Of a stretch of DNA of 64,000 nucleotides, positions 50,627 to 59,556 are shown one piece after another; positions within the stretch are counted from its first letter, which is position 1, and every line of letters starts with the position of its first letter. This stretch comes from Oligoflexales bacterium (GTDB lineage: Bacteria > Bdellovibrionota_B > Oligoflexia > Oligoflexales > Bog-1112): positions 1-64,000 of the forward strand of contig JBGCDR010000131.1 of assembly GCA_045105515.1 (NCBI GenBank), read 5' to 3'. The translations under genes were made by a program, and so were the position numbers. The notes under the pieces are model-generated. The model saw nothing but the letters and a program-made list of their open reading frames with translations, did not search any database and was not told the origin of the DNA.

Positions 50627-51355
50627 CTATTTGGTTGATAAAGTATTAAGAATGCTCTTGGCTTTTTGGTATCCATTGATTCGATAGACTAGCTTTTTGC
50701 TAGTATCAGCCACAAAGAGCACAGGCCAGGAATTGATCTTCTTTCTAGAAATTTCCTGAGCACTCGCTTTGACCACCGCAAATGGAACTGGAAAATTGGG
50801 TTTCTTGCTGTCGATTTGCCTTACTTCTACGAAGTAGCCCATTTTTTGTAAATCTCTTGCTGTAACCATCATCCGTTCACAATGAGGACAGGTAGAATCG
50901 AAATAGAGGCGAAATCTAAAACGTTTAAGATCCAAATCTATGGGTTTTATTTTGCTTAATTTTTCAGTAAGGATTTCTCTTTCTTTTGGTTTGAGAGTCT
51001 TTGAATTTTTGGCCAAGTATGTTTTCATGTGATCGTGAAGCTTTACCATCAGAGTGTTCTTCTTCTCAATCAAGGCAAACCAACGCTTGATATTCTGATC
51101 AGTTGGATTTCTTGCCAATTCCATAAACGGTTTAGGTGGTTTATGATCTCCTTCCTCAAAAAATTCGTCGTGCTTAGGGTTGGTGTATTTTTCCCAGTCA
51201 AATTGCTTTTCTTGTGGTATCTTTGGCTCTATCTTAGTCGGTGACGGTTTGGCTGATGTTTTTTCATTCCAATAGTCAATTCTTCCTCCAAAATAGTCAA
51301 AGCCCAGAGCCGTAGAACAAAAAAGCAGCATTACAATGAGCCATGGTCTTCGCAT
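50627..51355 (-). CDS. Periplasmic thioredoxin-fold conjugation protein (TraF/TrbB/TrbC-like)
   Basis: Signal peptide; CPHC and WP motifs. Confidence 0.65.
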   Translation of the reverse strand: MRRPWLIVMLLFCSTALGFDYFGGRIDYWNEKTSAKPSPTKIEPKIPQEKQFDWEKYTNPKHDEFFEEGDHKPPKPFMELARNPTDQNIKRWFALIEKKNTLMVKLHDHMKTYLAKNSKTLKPKEREILTEKLSKIKPIDLDLKRFRFRLYFDSTCPHCERMMVTARDLQKMGYFVEVRQIDSKKPNFPVPFAVVKASAQEISRKKINSWPVLFVADTSKKLVYRINGYQKAKSILNTLSTK

Positions 51356-51369
51356 ATTTCCCCCTTTTG

Positions 51370-52890
51370 CTAGGTAATTGCTTCAATTTCACTTTCATCA
51401 ATGACTCCTTTCTGGGCAAGAGCAATACACTCATCCTTCAAGGTTGTAGGCATTCTTTTGTCTCCTAAGTCTGATTTTTCCAGATATTCAATGATTGCTA
51501 TACGCCCTGTGATTCCCCCAGTGCATTGCACGCATCCATCAGGATTTGCTCGAAATAGCCCATTTTCTAATTTTATCCTGCATTTTGGACAAATGCGTCG
51601 AACAAGGCGTTGTGCAACCGATAGGCGTAGATTGGTTTTGATCGTAAATTCGTCAACACCAAGGTTAAGCAAGCGATCCACAACTTCCCTGGCTCCATTT
51701 GCGTGAACTGTGGAGAGGACCAAGTGGCCTGTTGAAGCGAGTTTCATGCTGAGATCTGCTGTTTCTTCATCTCTTATCTCTCCTAGAAGGATAATATCTG
51801 GATCTTGGCGCATAAGTGCTTTTTGAAAGTCATTGAAGTCCTCCTTAGTTTCTACATTTGATTGGGTGATGCGTTCTAGACTCTTTTCGACTGGGTTTTC
51901 TAGAGTTGAAATGTTTTTACCGAGTCGATCCATTTCTTCTAGCAGTGCATATAGGGTCGTTGTTTTTCCACTTCCCGTCGGGCCAGAAATGATGATCAAA
52001 CCTTCTCGTTTTAGAATGTTGCACTTGAGCATCTCGATTTTATCTTTACTTAAGCCAATATCTTGCAAGCTCAATTTTTGTTCCTGGTACTGGATGCGTA
52101 ATACGATCTTTTCACTGCCACCTGCTGTGGGCATAGAATTTGCCCGCACATCGATGGCCATGGACTTAAAACATGCCCTCGCATCTTGAGGTTTTGAAAT
52201 AATTGCTAGGTCCAGGTTTAGTATCCATTTGAGTTTGTTGGTGATTGGTTCAGTGTGTTCAGCCTCTATGACCTTCCAGTCTTGTAGCGCTCCATGGGTA
52301 CGAAACCGGATTAGGAATTTATCTGCAAATGGTTCGAAATGAATATCACTGGCCTTTAGTTTGCAGGCAGCTATAAAGCACTGATGAATGAGCTGTGTGT
52401 AAGGGTTTTCTTCAGAAATTCTTTGGTCACAAGTTAGATCACCCGCAAGGACGATGTTTGATTTTTGTTTCTTATCGTCATGATTCTCTCCCTGTAAAAG
52501 TCGAAATACAGACCCTTTGACCCTAAGAAGGGTCACTTCTAGCTCGAAGAATGCCTCAACAGACTGAATAGTCACATCCGAAAAATGATCAGCTACTAGA
52601 GTTAACCTCCTTGTGGTTAAATCAATTGCTATAACGTTGAACGGATTCAACTGTTCTTGAAGCGTTAAAGGTACTTTGGACTTCTCTGTCTCCAGTTCTT
52701 TGAATGATTTGTTGCACTCTGGCTTAATGAACTGAATCAATAGACTGTCGAGGGTTTGTTGATTTATGTAGCCCAATTCGACCATCAGCCTACCAACCTT
52801 CTCTTTGCGGTACTGATAGATCTTTAGGATAGTTCGCAGTTGCTCTTTTGTGCAATGATGTTTTGAATGAACGAATTCAGCAAATTTCAT
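51370..52890 (-). CDS. GspE/PilB-family secretion ATPase with degenerate MshEN-like N-terminus
   Basis: ASDIHFEP, GPTGSGKTTTLY, RQDPDIILLGEIRD, TGHLVLST and CPKC/CVQC motifs; TGATG coupling to upstream gene. Confidence 0.9.
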   Translation of the reverse strand: MKFAEFVHSKHHCTKEQLRTILKIYQYRKEKVGRLMVELGYINQQTLDSLLIQFIKPECNKSFKELETEKSKVPLTLQEQLNPFNVIAIDLTTRRLTLVADHFSDVTIQSVEAFFELEVTLLRVKGSVFRLLQGENHDDKKQKSNIVLAGDLTCDQRISEENPYTQLIHQCFIAACKLKASDIHFEPFADKFLIRFRTHGALQDWKVIEAEHTEPITNKLKWILNLDLAIISKPQDARACFKSMAIDVRANSMPTAGGSEKIVLRIQYQEQKLSLQDIGLSKDKIEMLKCNILKREGLIIISGPTGSGKTTTLYALLEEMDRLGKNISTLENPVEKSLERITQSNVETKEDFNDFQKALMRQDPDIILLGEIRDEETADLSMKLASTGHLVLSTVHANGAREVVDRLLNLGVDEFTIKTNLRLSVAQRLVRRICPKCRIKLENGLFRANPDGCVQCTGGITGRIAIIEYLEKSDLGDKRMPTTLKDECIALAQKGVIDESEIEAIT

Positions 52891-53918
52891 CAAAAACCCC
52901 TGCATGCTGCTTTAATTCCGGCCAACCATAGATAGGCAAGACCACCAGTTCCTGCATCAATGGTGCAATTGGAGCGTTGCCAAACAACATATAGGAACTT
53001 AGTGGGTTTACCTGAGAACCTTCCTAGTTCATTGACAGCATTGACTCTCAATACAGCAATATTTTGTCCCTCCTTAAAACTGCTCGATAACTGTGGATAG
53101 ATCATTTGCCATTTGTCACTCCAGTTACTGGAAACGCTTCGAAAGACATCACCCCCAAGGCTTTTTATTCTAGAAGCAATCATCAGCGATGCTGTGGTTT
53201 GATCAGAGGATATGGTGGTTCCGGTTCTGGGTAGGTGAATGCCCCAACCTGTGCATACAGGTGCATCTGTTGGCGGATACTTCCACATGCGACCCATCCA
53301 TGGGTTTGAGCACATGGGTTCGATGCCACCACCGGTTACTCCCCAGTGCCCAGTAGCAGAAGAAGCGGCCCCCTTTAACAAACATGCCTTGGGGCTGGCT
53401 GCCCAGGCTTTGAATTGAGGATGCCACATATCAGCAAAACCAGTACGCCAGTTACTACTTAAATGCTCGCTTGCTGCTGAGAAGCAGAACAGATCGGGCA
53501 CCCCACCGCCACAGGGGAGCCCTGCAAAGACTTCCTGAGTGAATGGAACATTGATGACGTGGGCATGGTAGGAGAAGGCTCCGTTATCGCTCTCAGCAGC
53601 AAAGGGAAGCCATCCCCCCATACGCTTCAATTGGAAATTGACTCCCGGCAATCCATAAAACATGGTTTCTCTGGGATGATTAACAACCTCAATAAAATAT
53701 TTCGGCAAATTATAGCTTACATGAGCACAAGGCCATGGTGGTAAAGGAAACGGGCTTGGGCACATAGCAAACTTAACTCGGAGACCAAATTCGCGGCTAA
53801 ATAATGGAGTATTAACCACGTCACAAACATTAGGAAAATTAAAGGCACTTGTCAGCGTGCTAATGTTTAACAAACCTACAATGGCACCGACTCTCGCTAA
53901 CCTGCTTTTTAAGGGCAT
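52890..53918 (-). CDS. traU: TraU-like cysteine-rich periplasmic protein
   Basis: Signal peptide; many Cys; WG..PRTG, WQMIYP and VWQR..C motifs. Confidence 0.7.
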   Translation of the reverse strand: MPLKSRLARVGAIVGLLNISTLTSAFNFPNVCDVVNTPLFSREFGLRVKFAMCPSPFPLPPWPCAHVSYNLPKYFIEVVNHPRETMFYGLPGVNFQLKRMGGWLPFAAESDNGAFSYHAHVINVPFTQEVFAGLPCGGGVPDLFCFSAASEHLSSNWRTGFADMWHPQFKAWAASPKACLLKGAASSATGHWGVTGGGIEPMCSNPWMGRMWKYPPTDAPVCTGWGIHLPRTGTTISSDQTTASLMIASRIKSLGGDVFRSVSSNWSDKWQMIYPQLSSSFKEGQNIAVLRVNAVNELGRFSGKPTKFLYVVWQRSNCTIDAGTGGLAYLWLAGIKAACRGF

Positions 53919-54310
53919 GATCTTTGCCTTTTTTTGACCGCTATTCCTCCAGATTTAACAAGATTGTCTATGATTTTCTTGCGAAGCTTAGTCAGAGCTT
54001 CGGTTAATCTTTTTTTGACCAAAGCTTCATCGAGCCCCAAATCTTTCGCAATTTCGGAGCAGGTATAGTCTTCCCAGTAACGTAAACGTATGATTTCTTG
54101 TTCTTTGGAAGGCAATTCTTTTAGAATGTGGTGTAGGTCATTTTTTAGCTTAGGGCTCACCAAAAATCTGATGTTTTGATCATAATCGTCCTGCTGATTT
54201 TCTTTACGTAAATACTGATCAAGGGCTTGTTTGTCAGTAAGGCGGTTCAATGATGCTTGATCCATGTAAGATACCGGTGAATTCAAGTTATGCATGTAAG
54301 CCTCCCGCAA
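53909..54310 (-). CDS. Sigma-70 region 4-only HTH protein
   Basis: LPSKEQEIIRLRYWEDYTCSEIAKDLG...AL.KLR. Confidence 0.8.
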   Translation of the reverse strand: MREAYMHNLNSPVSYMDQASLNRLTDKQALDQYLRKENQQDDYDQNIRFLVSPKLKNDLHHILKELPSKEQEIIRLRYWEDYTCSEIAKDLGLDEALVKKRLTEALTKLRKKIIDNLVKSGGIAVKKRQRSCP

Positions 54311-54701
54311 TTAGTGAAAGTTTTTGATCTTCGTTTCTATAGGAAATATTAATCTTGTATGTGAATCGAGAGTTGGACGGGACAAGACATCCATTCTTAG
54401 CGTGAAGATGTTGATGGTTGTAGGACCATAGGACACGCTCTATTTCTTCACCAAGATGTTTTGCGTTTAAGTCACCAGCTACTGAAGCTTCTACTCGGAT
54501 CTGTTGGTCTCCTCTTCGACTGATGAGTGAGATTAAAAATTCAACTTTGGGGTGCTTTTTCCTCATCTGAAAGAAGTCACGATCAAAAAACATCATCAGC
54601 TCATTCATGCTGAGATCCTTGGTCTCTTTGAAGTAGACACCTTCACAACTCACCGACAGCGGTAAATTATTCCGGATCTGCACAACGGTTCGCATGGGCA
54701 C
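54288..54701 (-). CDS. Hypothetical protein
   Basis: 137-aa ORF with GGAGG RBS, first gene of the tra region. Confidence 0.65.
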   Translation of the reverse strand: MPMRTVVQIRNNLPLSVSCEGVYFKETKDLSMNELMMFFDRDFFQMRKKHPKVEFLISLISRRGDQQIRVEASVAGDLNAKHLGEEIERVLWSYNHQHLHAKNGCLVPSNSRFTYKINISYRNEDQKLSLIAGGLHA

Positions 54702-54842
54702 CTCCTCTTGAGATCTACGATATTTCTCCCTACCTACGGTAGGGTGGCTTTTTTTTGGGTGTCCACCCTCATCTTTGACTTGATGAACCTTAATAATGAC
54801 AGGGACATTGGGCTAAATCTTGGTGGTTGATCTCTCGGAGGG

Positions 54843-54874
54843 AAAAATGGAGTCGGGAGGGCAAAGCCCGACCC
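54843..54874 (-). terminator. Possible intrinsic terminator after the 54889 gene
   Basis: Minus-strand GGGTCGGG...CCCGACTC stem followed by CATTTTT. Confidence 0.4.
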
Positions 54875-54888
54875 TTTCAATAAAAGAG

Positions 54889-55404
54889 CTATCCAGCAGA
54901 TGCTTCTATGTCGTCATTGTTGCCCTTTGCTAAAAGTTCCTGTTGAGCTTTCAAAAGTTCTTTGGCGCTAATTCTTGCTGACAAATTTTCTACAAAAAAC
55001 GTTCCTAGCTTTTTTAGTGCTCGATCCCTTGTGTTGGTTATGGCAGTACGAGATACCTTAGTTTCCTTTGCTAGTTGCCTCTGGCTTTTTCCCTCCCAGA
55101 AGATGGCGTCCAAAATTTGTTGTTCCTTCTTGGAAAGGCGCTTGAGGTACTGTCTAATTTGCTTCTGTAGTCTAGGGTAATGATCCTCAGTATCCATTTC
55201 CTTCACTATTTCCCCGAATCCACGGGAGCAGTTTTCGATGTGATTAGGAGAATGGAGAAGAGCCTCCTGTCGTGATACATCGACCTCAGCTTGCAAAAAT
55301 TCTTCCCAAGTCGATAGGCTCCAATTGCGTTTGAGTTCCATGAGTTTGGCATTTGGATAAACGTTACCATCTGCATCCAACCAAGGTTTACGATCTATGC
55401 TCAT
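54889..55404 (-). CDS. Sigma-70 region 4-type HTH regulator
   Basis: LSKKEQQIL..IFWEGKSQRQLA...VSR.AI...DRALKKL; AGGAGG RBS. Confidence 0.8.
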   Translation of the reverse strand: MSIDRKPWLDADGNVYPNAKLMELKRNWSLSTWEEFLQAEVDVSRQEALLHSPNHIENCSRGFGEIVKEMDTEDHYPRLQKQIRQYLKRLSKKEQQILDAIFWEGKSQRQLAKETKVSRTAITNTRDRALKKLGTFFVENLSARISAKELLKAQQELLAKGNNDDIEASAG

Positions 55405-55465
55405 ATGAACCTCCTGTTGTTCTAAAGTTTGACTCCCAGTTACCGTGTGGGAATCAATTCTTTGT

Positions 55466-55564
55466 TATGAATTTTTTATATGGAATCTTCTTGCAAACAA
55501 ATGGGTAATTCATATAGATTTGACCGAACGCCAAGCTGGTTTTGTGTAATTCATATAAAACCAG
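55466..55564. promoter_or_regulatory. Operator-like repeats in divergent promoter region
   Basis: GTAATTCATATA at 55505 and 55546; inverted partial copy TATGAATT at 55466; CTGGTTTT/AAAACCAG inverted repeat. Confidence 0.55.
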
Positions 55565-55583
55565 TTTAGAAACGTAGATACAG

Positions 55584-56075
55584 GTGCTTATGAAGGAATT
55601 GATTAAACAGCGAGTTCAGAATCAACTCAGGCAGTTTTTGAAAGACTACCGTAATATCAATGGATTAAGCGCCGAACAGGCTGCGGAGCAACTTGAAGTA
55701 GAGATTGCAACTTACCGCATTCTTGAAGGCCGCAAGCCCGCGAACCGGGTCGTTTCGGTCCTTGAATACCTAGAAAAGATTGCGGCGCTCAATAAAATGA
55801 GCCTATCTTCTTTCATCAACTACCTCGAAAGATCTGGCCGCACTGAAAGCGGCGTTAATCGCATGAAACGCAAACTCTTTGAGTGGGAGAAGGATCTTTT
55901 AGAAAAATTTGATTTTGTTGGGATTCCACTTCGCAATCGGTTTATGAAGGGGTTTTTAAGCAAGGACAAAGGCGAAGTTAAGGAAATCTTAACCTGTCTA
56001 ACTCGAATAGTGTCACTGCCCGCATCAAAGCGTAAGGTGCTTTTTGAATTAGTGCGTGAAATGGGGACTAAATGA
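55584..56075 (+). CDS. XRE/Cro-CI-like HTH regulator
   Basis: LKDYR...LSAEQAAEQL.V...TYRILE.GR pattern. Confidence 0.75.
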   Translation: MLMKELIKQRVQNQLRQFLKDYRNINGLSAEQAAEQLEVEIATYRILEGRKPANRVVSVLEYLEKIAALNKMSLSSFINYLERSGRTESGVNRMKRKLFEWEKDLLEKFDFVGIPLRNRFMKGFLSKDKGEVKEILTCLTRIVSLPASKRKVLFELVREMGTK

Positions 56076-56443
56076 GAAGACGTAAAATCATCATTGTCGA
56101 TGATGAAAAAGACTACAGAGAAGGCTTATCGGAGTTTTTGGCCAGAGATGCAGATGTTATAAGCTATTCTCACCCTGATGAATTCGCTGAATCCCATAGT
56201 GATGCAAGCTCCCTTGAGGGGGTATATCTCATTATTCTTGACTACCGTTTTGACAACTTCGATGCTCATGATAAGGATCTCATGACCTATATTCGAGATG
56301 ATCTTGCCTATCGAAATAGGCTCGTTTTATGGAGTCTTGAGGATGATTTCCCCGAAGATTTTAAAGAACAATTTGATGGCATTTTGCAAAAAAAACTTAT
56401 GACTTTACCCGAGATTGAACAATGTATGGAATCAAAAAAATAA
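56072..56443 (+). CDS. Single-domain response regulator (receiver only)
   Basis: IIIVDDE, IILD, WS and K positions; 123 aa. Confidence 0.75.
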   Translation: MRRRKIIIVDDEKDYREGLSEFLARDADVISYSHPDEFAESHSDASSLEGVYLIILDYRFDNFDAHDKDLMTYIRDDLAYRNRLVLWSLEDDFPEDFKEQFDGILQKKLMTLPEIEQCMESKK

Positions 56444-57561
56444 CCCTAGCAGTGAGTTTGATTATGATGACAGCAATTGCTTCAGCTAAAACAAAATATT
56501 TGGTTGTCGGTGAAAAAATCATATCCAACAACCCATGGCGTAATGAACTAATCAAAGGACAATACCGTTTTGCAGTTTCAGAAGCGATGCAGGCTCACAA
56601 GAAAAAGTATCCCAAAAGTAGCTTACAGTTATTAGAGAGCTTTGATGATGGGCCAAATGAGGGCTTTGAACTTGCAGAAAAAAGGGACGCCCTTGGAGTT
56701 GTTGGGTATCTTTATTCTATGGATGCTTTTGAGGCTTCACAGGTAGCCTTAAAGCGGAAGATTCCATATTTGTCCCCTGTGTCACCTCTGGATTCGCTCA
56801 AGAATTCATTTGCTTACTCCATGGCAAATTCTCATACGCAACTTCTTCAAAAATATAAGGAAATTGCTCAGACGAAAGAGTTTAGTAATCCATCCATCGT
56901 CCTTTTGCCTGAGACTTTTTTGCCAAATTATGAGTACGAAAAGCTCTATAGAAAAGCGTTTAAGGTGACGGATACTCTTAAAGGCAATTCCTCTGAGTTG
57001 TGGCAAAAACTTGAAGATCAGCTGAAAAAGTCTCCAGAGAACCAGATCATTAATGTTCTTTTTGCAGGCTTTGCTTTTGAGCAAATGGAACTCGCAGCAA
57101 TGCTAAGTACCGGATCCTATGCAGATCGAATCAAAATTATAGCCCATTCTCAGTGGTATTATTGCCACAAAATTCTGGGAGAGAATTTTACCAAAAATTC
57201 AAAAAATATCTACGTAGTCACCGATTACTTTGATGTGCCAGTACTGCCTCAGATAAAAGAAGAGCCTCCAACATTTAGTCTTGCAGCGTATGACAGCCTC
57301 AATAAGATTTTAACATCAGCACCGAAAATAAAAGGCAATAGCCCAGAAGAGCCTATTGTATACGTACTGAGAGACATGATCGCTTATGCTCTTGAAGTAG
57401 CTGAAAATAGTAAAGATCGGGTTGAATTTGGCTATAAATATGGATCAGGACAGTATGAAGGTGCTTCAGGTTTTTATGAATTCAAGGACAAAGTGTCTAC
57501 ACGAAAGGTTTATTTAGGAAAATGGGACAACGACAGGATAAAGCCTATCAAAAAAATATAG
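56422..57561 (+). CDS. Periplasmic binding protein type I (LivJ-like)
   Basis: Signal peptide; GVVG..YS, IPYLSP and YEGASG...F motifs. Confidence 0.65.
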   Translation: MYGIKKITLAVSLIMMTAIASAKTKYLVVGEKIISNNPWRNELIKGQYRFAVSEAMQAHKKKYPKSSLQLLESFDDGPNEGFELAEKRDALGVVGYLYSMDAFEASQVALKRKIPYLSPVSPLDSLKNSFAYSMANSHTQLLQKYKEIAQTKEFSNPSIVLLPETFLPNYEYEKLYRKAFKVTDTLKGNSSELWQKLEDQLKKSPENQIINVLFAGFAFEQMELAAMLSTGSYADRIKIIAHSQWYYCHKILGENFTKNSKNIYVVTDYFDVPVLPQIKEEPPTFSLAAYDSLNKILTSAPKIKGNSPEEPIVYVLRDMIAYALEVAENSKDRVEFGYKYGSGQYEGASGFYEFKDKVSTRKVYLGKWDNDRIKPIKKI

Positions 57562-58847
57562 CTGAATACCTGCGAGCCCAGTTTAACCGACATGCAATCT
57601 TAACTGGTATTCTCCTTGTATTTATCAGCATTGTTGTTTTTGCTGCGTCCATAAAATTTTCAACAGATCGCTACATTGGTCGGATTTGTGAGGAAATGAG
57701 CCGTAGTGCGCGAATTTTGGTAGAAACATCACAGCTTGATTCTTATGAATCATATCATAAAGAAATTGCTGGTAAGCTTCAAAATGAATTTGGAATTAAA
57801 AATCTAGAAATCACGAAAGATAAGCCAAATAATAGCTGGAGCCAATATTCGCTAGGGCATTGTTTTGTAGAATGGCTACCTAGCTTGCAAGCAGCTTTCT
57901 ATTCCCCCACGCACTGGGCTGGTAATAAAGTATTTGTTAGAGGAATTATTGACATACAATTTTTTCGTAGTGATTTAATTTTACTTATAATTGCGATATG
58001 TCTAGCTTTGGTCGCTTGCTATTTCTTTGGAACGAGATCACTTCTTAGAGGCATTCGGGACAATATTTCTAGTCCTTTGCACGAAGTGTGGGAGGGAGTC
58101 AAGTCCGGGAATAAGCCAAAAAATCTTGAAATAAAGGAACTTCGAGATCTTTGGGCTTCCTTAGTTGAATACAAAGAGCTCACCCTTATTCGTCACAGGA
58201 TGCTTCTTGCTAAAGAATATTATCACGAGCTGAAGTCTCCAGCCTATTACCAATACAATCAGCTTAAACGGTTGACTCTCATCAATGATCCAAACAAGCA
58301 GCAAGAGATGATCTCTGGAACTCTGCTTAGGGCCGATGAGTTAATTGGTAAAATGGAGAAAGCTCTAAAGAAGATAGCCACAGACGATTATGCCAAGCAC
58401 CCAAAGCAGGTTGATCTAAGAAAAATAATTGACCCTAAAATGAAAAATGTCACGATTCATGGCAAATCTTTTGCTTTTGGAGATAAGACGCTGCTTTGCA
58501 CCCTTTTGGAGAATCTTCATAGCAATGCTATGGACTCCTGTGGTGATCAGAAATTGATTCGGACAGTTATTAGCAACAGAAATCAAGATGTGGTCGTGTC
58601 GATTACGAATCCAGTACCAAATGGCACAGAAATAAGCATTGAAAAAGTTTTTACTAGCGGATTTACAAGCAAAACCGAGGGGACAGGCATTGGACTAAGT
58701 TTATGCAAGCACATAGTTGAGCTTCATAAAGGAACAATCGAAGCCAATTTTCATAAAAATAAATCCACATTTGAAATCAAATTTCAACTACCCGCAAGCA
58801 AGAGGAATGAAAATGCACCAACAGAGCGAAATATTTTACCATCCTGA
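57522..58847 (+). CDS. Sensor histidine kinase
   Basis: Two TMs; HELKSP, ENLHSNA and FTSK.EGTGIGL motifs. Confidence 0.85.
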   Translation: MGQRQDKAYQKNIAEYLRAQFNRHAILTGILLVFISIVVFAASIKFSTDRYIGRICEEMSRSARILVETSQLDSYESYHKEIAGKLQNEFGIKNLEITKDKPNNSWSQYSLGHCFVEWLPSLQAAFYSPTHWAGNKVFVRGIIDIQFFRSDLILLIIAICLALVACYFFGTRSLLRGIRDNISSPLHEVWEGVKSGNKPKNLEIKELRDLWASLVEYKELTLIRHRMLLAKEYYHELKSPAYYQYNQLKRLTLINDPNKQQEMISGTLLRADELIGKMEKALKKIATDDYAKHPKQVDLRKIIDPKMKNVTIHGKSFAFGDKTLLCTLLENLHSNAMDSCGDQKLIRTVISNRNQDVVVSITNPVPNGTEISIEKVFTSGFTSKTEGTGIGLSLCKHIVELHKGTIEANFHKNKSTFEIKFQLPASKRNENAPTERNILPS

Positions 58848-59556
58848 ACTCCGTCTTGTGGAAGATAGAATTGGAATTCATGTGGTTAAAACCATTGTAG
58901 ACGAAACACAACCAACACTCTTGTATCTTCCTGGACTCTCCAACGAGGCTATCGAGGGCTTTAATAGTTTAGCTCCATGCCTAGAAAAAGGGTTTAACGT
59001 AGCAAGTATGAGTTTCAGAGGCCGTGGTCAGAGTTCAACCCCCAAAATGGGCTACTCTATGGAAGACCACGCAGAGGACTTTGCCCTTGTTGTTGATACT
59101 TTAAAGGCTAAAAAATTGATCGTCGTGGCAACAAGTATTAGCACCTTATATGCAGCCCGACACCTTGTTGAAGATGGTGGTGATAAAGTTGCAGGTATGG
59201 TGATTGTGGATCACCCCCTGCATGTCAAAAAATTGAAACAAGGTTGGGCAGAAGAATTTTCAAAGCTTACGGTCAATGGTGTGCCTGTGACGAAGACTAT
59301 GCGTCGATCTGCAATGGATTGCGTAGAGAAAGAGTCTGAGGCTTATGACCTTTATTTTTCCTTTATGGAGTTGGAAATACCGACGCTAGTTTTGTACCCA
59401 ACTATTCCAAAGGGAATTATTGGAGAAAACGACATTGAAAGATTTAAGCATCAGGGTGCAAAATTGGTTGAGTTTGAGGATTCGAACCATTTTATTAGGT
59501 TGAGGCAACCTGAAAAGTATTGCAAAGAAATTATGGCGTTTGCAGAGTCTATTTAG
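58813..59556 (+). CDS. Alpha/beta hydrolase with atypical nucleophile elbow
   Basis: LYLPG, SFRGRGQS, ATSIS in place of GxSxG, and NH; AGAGGA RBS. Confidence 0.75.
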   Translation: MHQQSEIFYHPELRLVEDRIGIHVVKTIVDETQPTLLYLPGLSNEAIEGFNSLAPCLEKGFNVASMSFRGRGQSSTPKMGYSMEDHAEDFALVVDTLKAKKLIVVATSISTLYAARHLVEDGGDKVAGMVIVDHPLHVKKLKQGWAEEFSKLTVNGVPVTKTMRRSAMDCVEKESEAYDLYFSFMELEIPTLVLYPTIPKGIIGENDIERFKHQGAKLVEFEDSNHFIRLRQPEKYCKEIMAFAESI

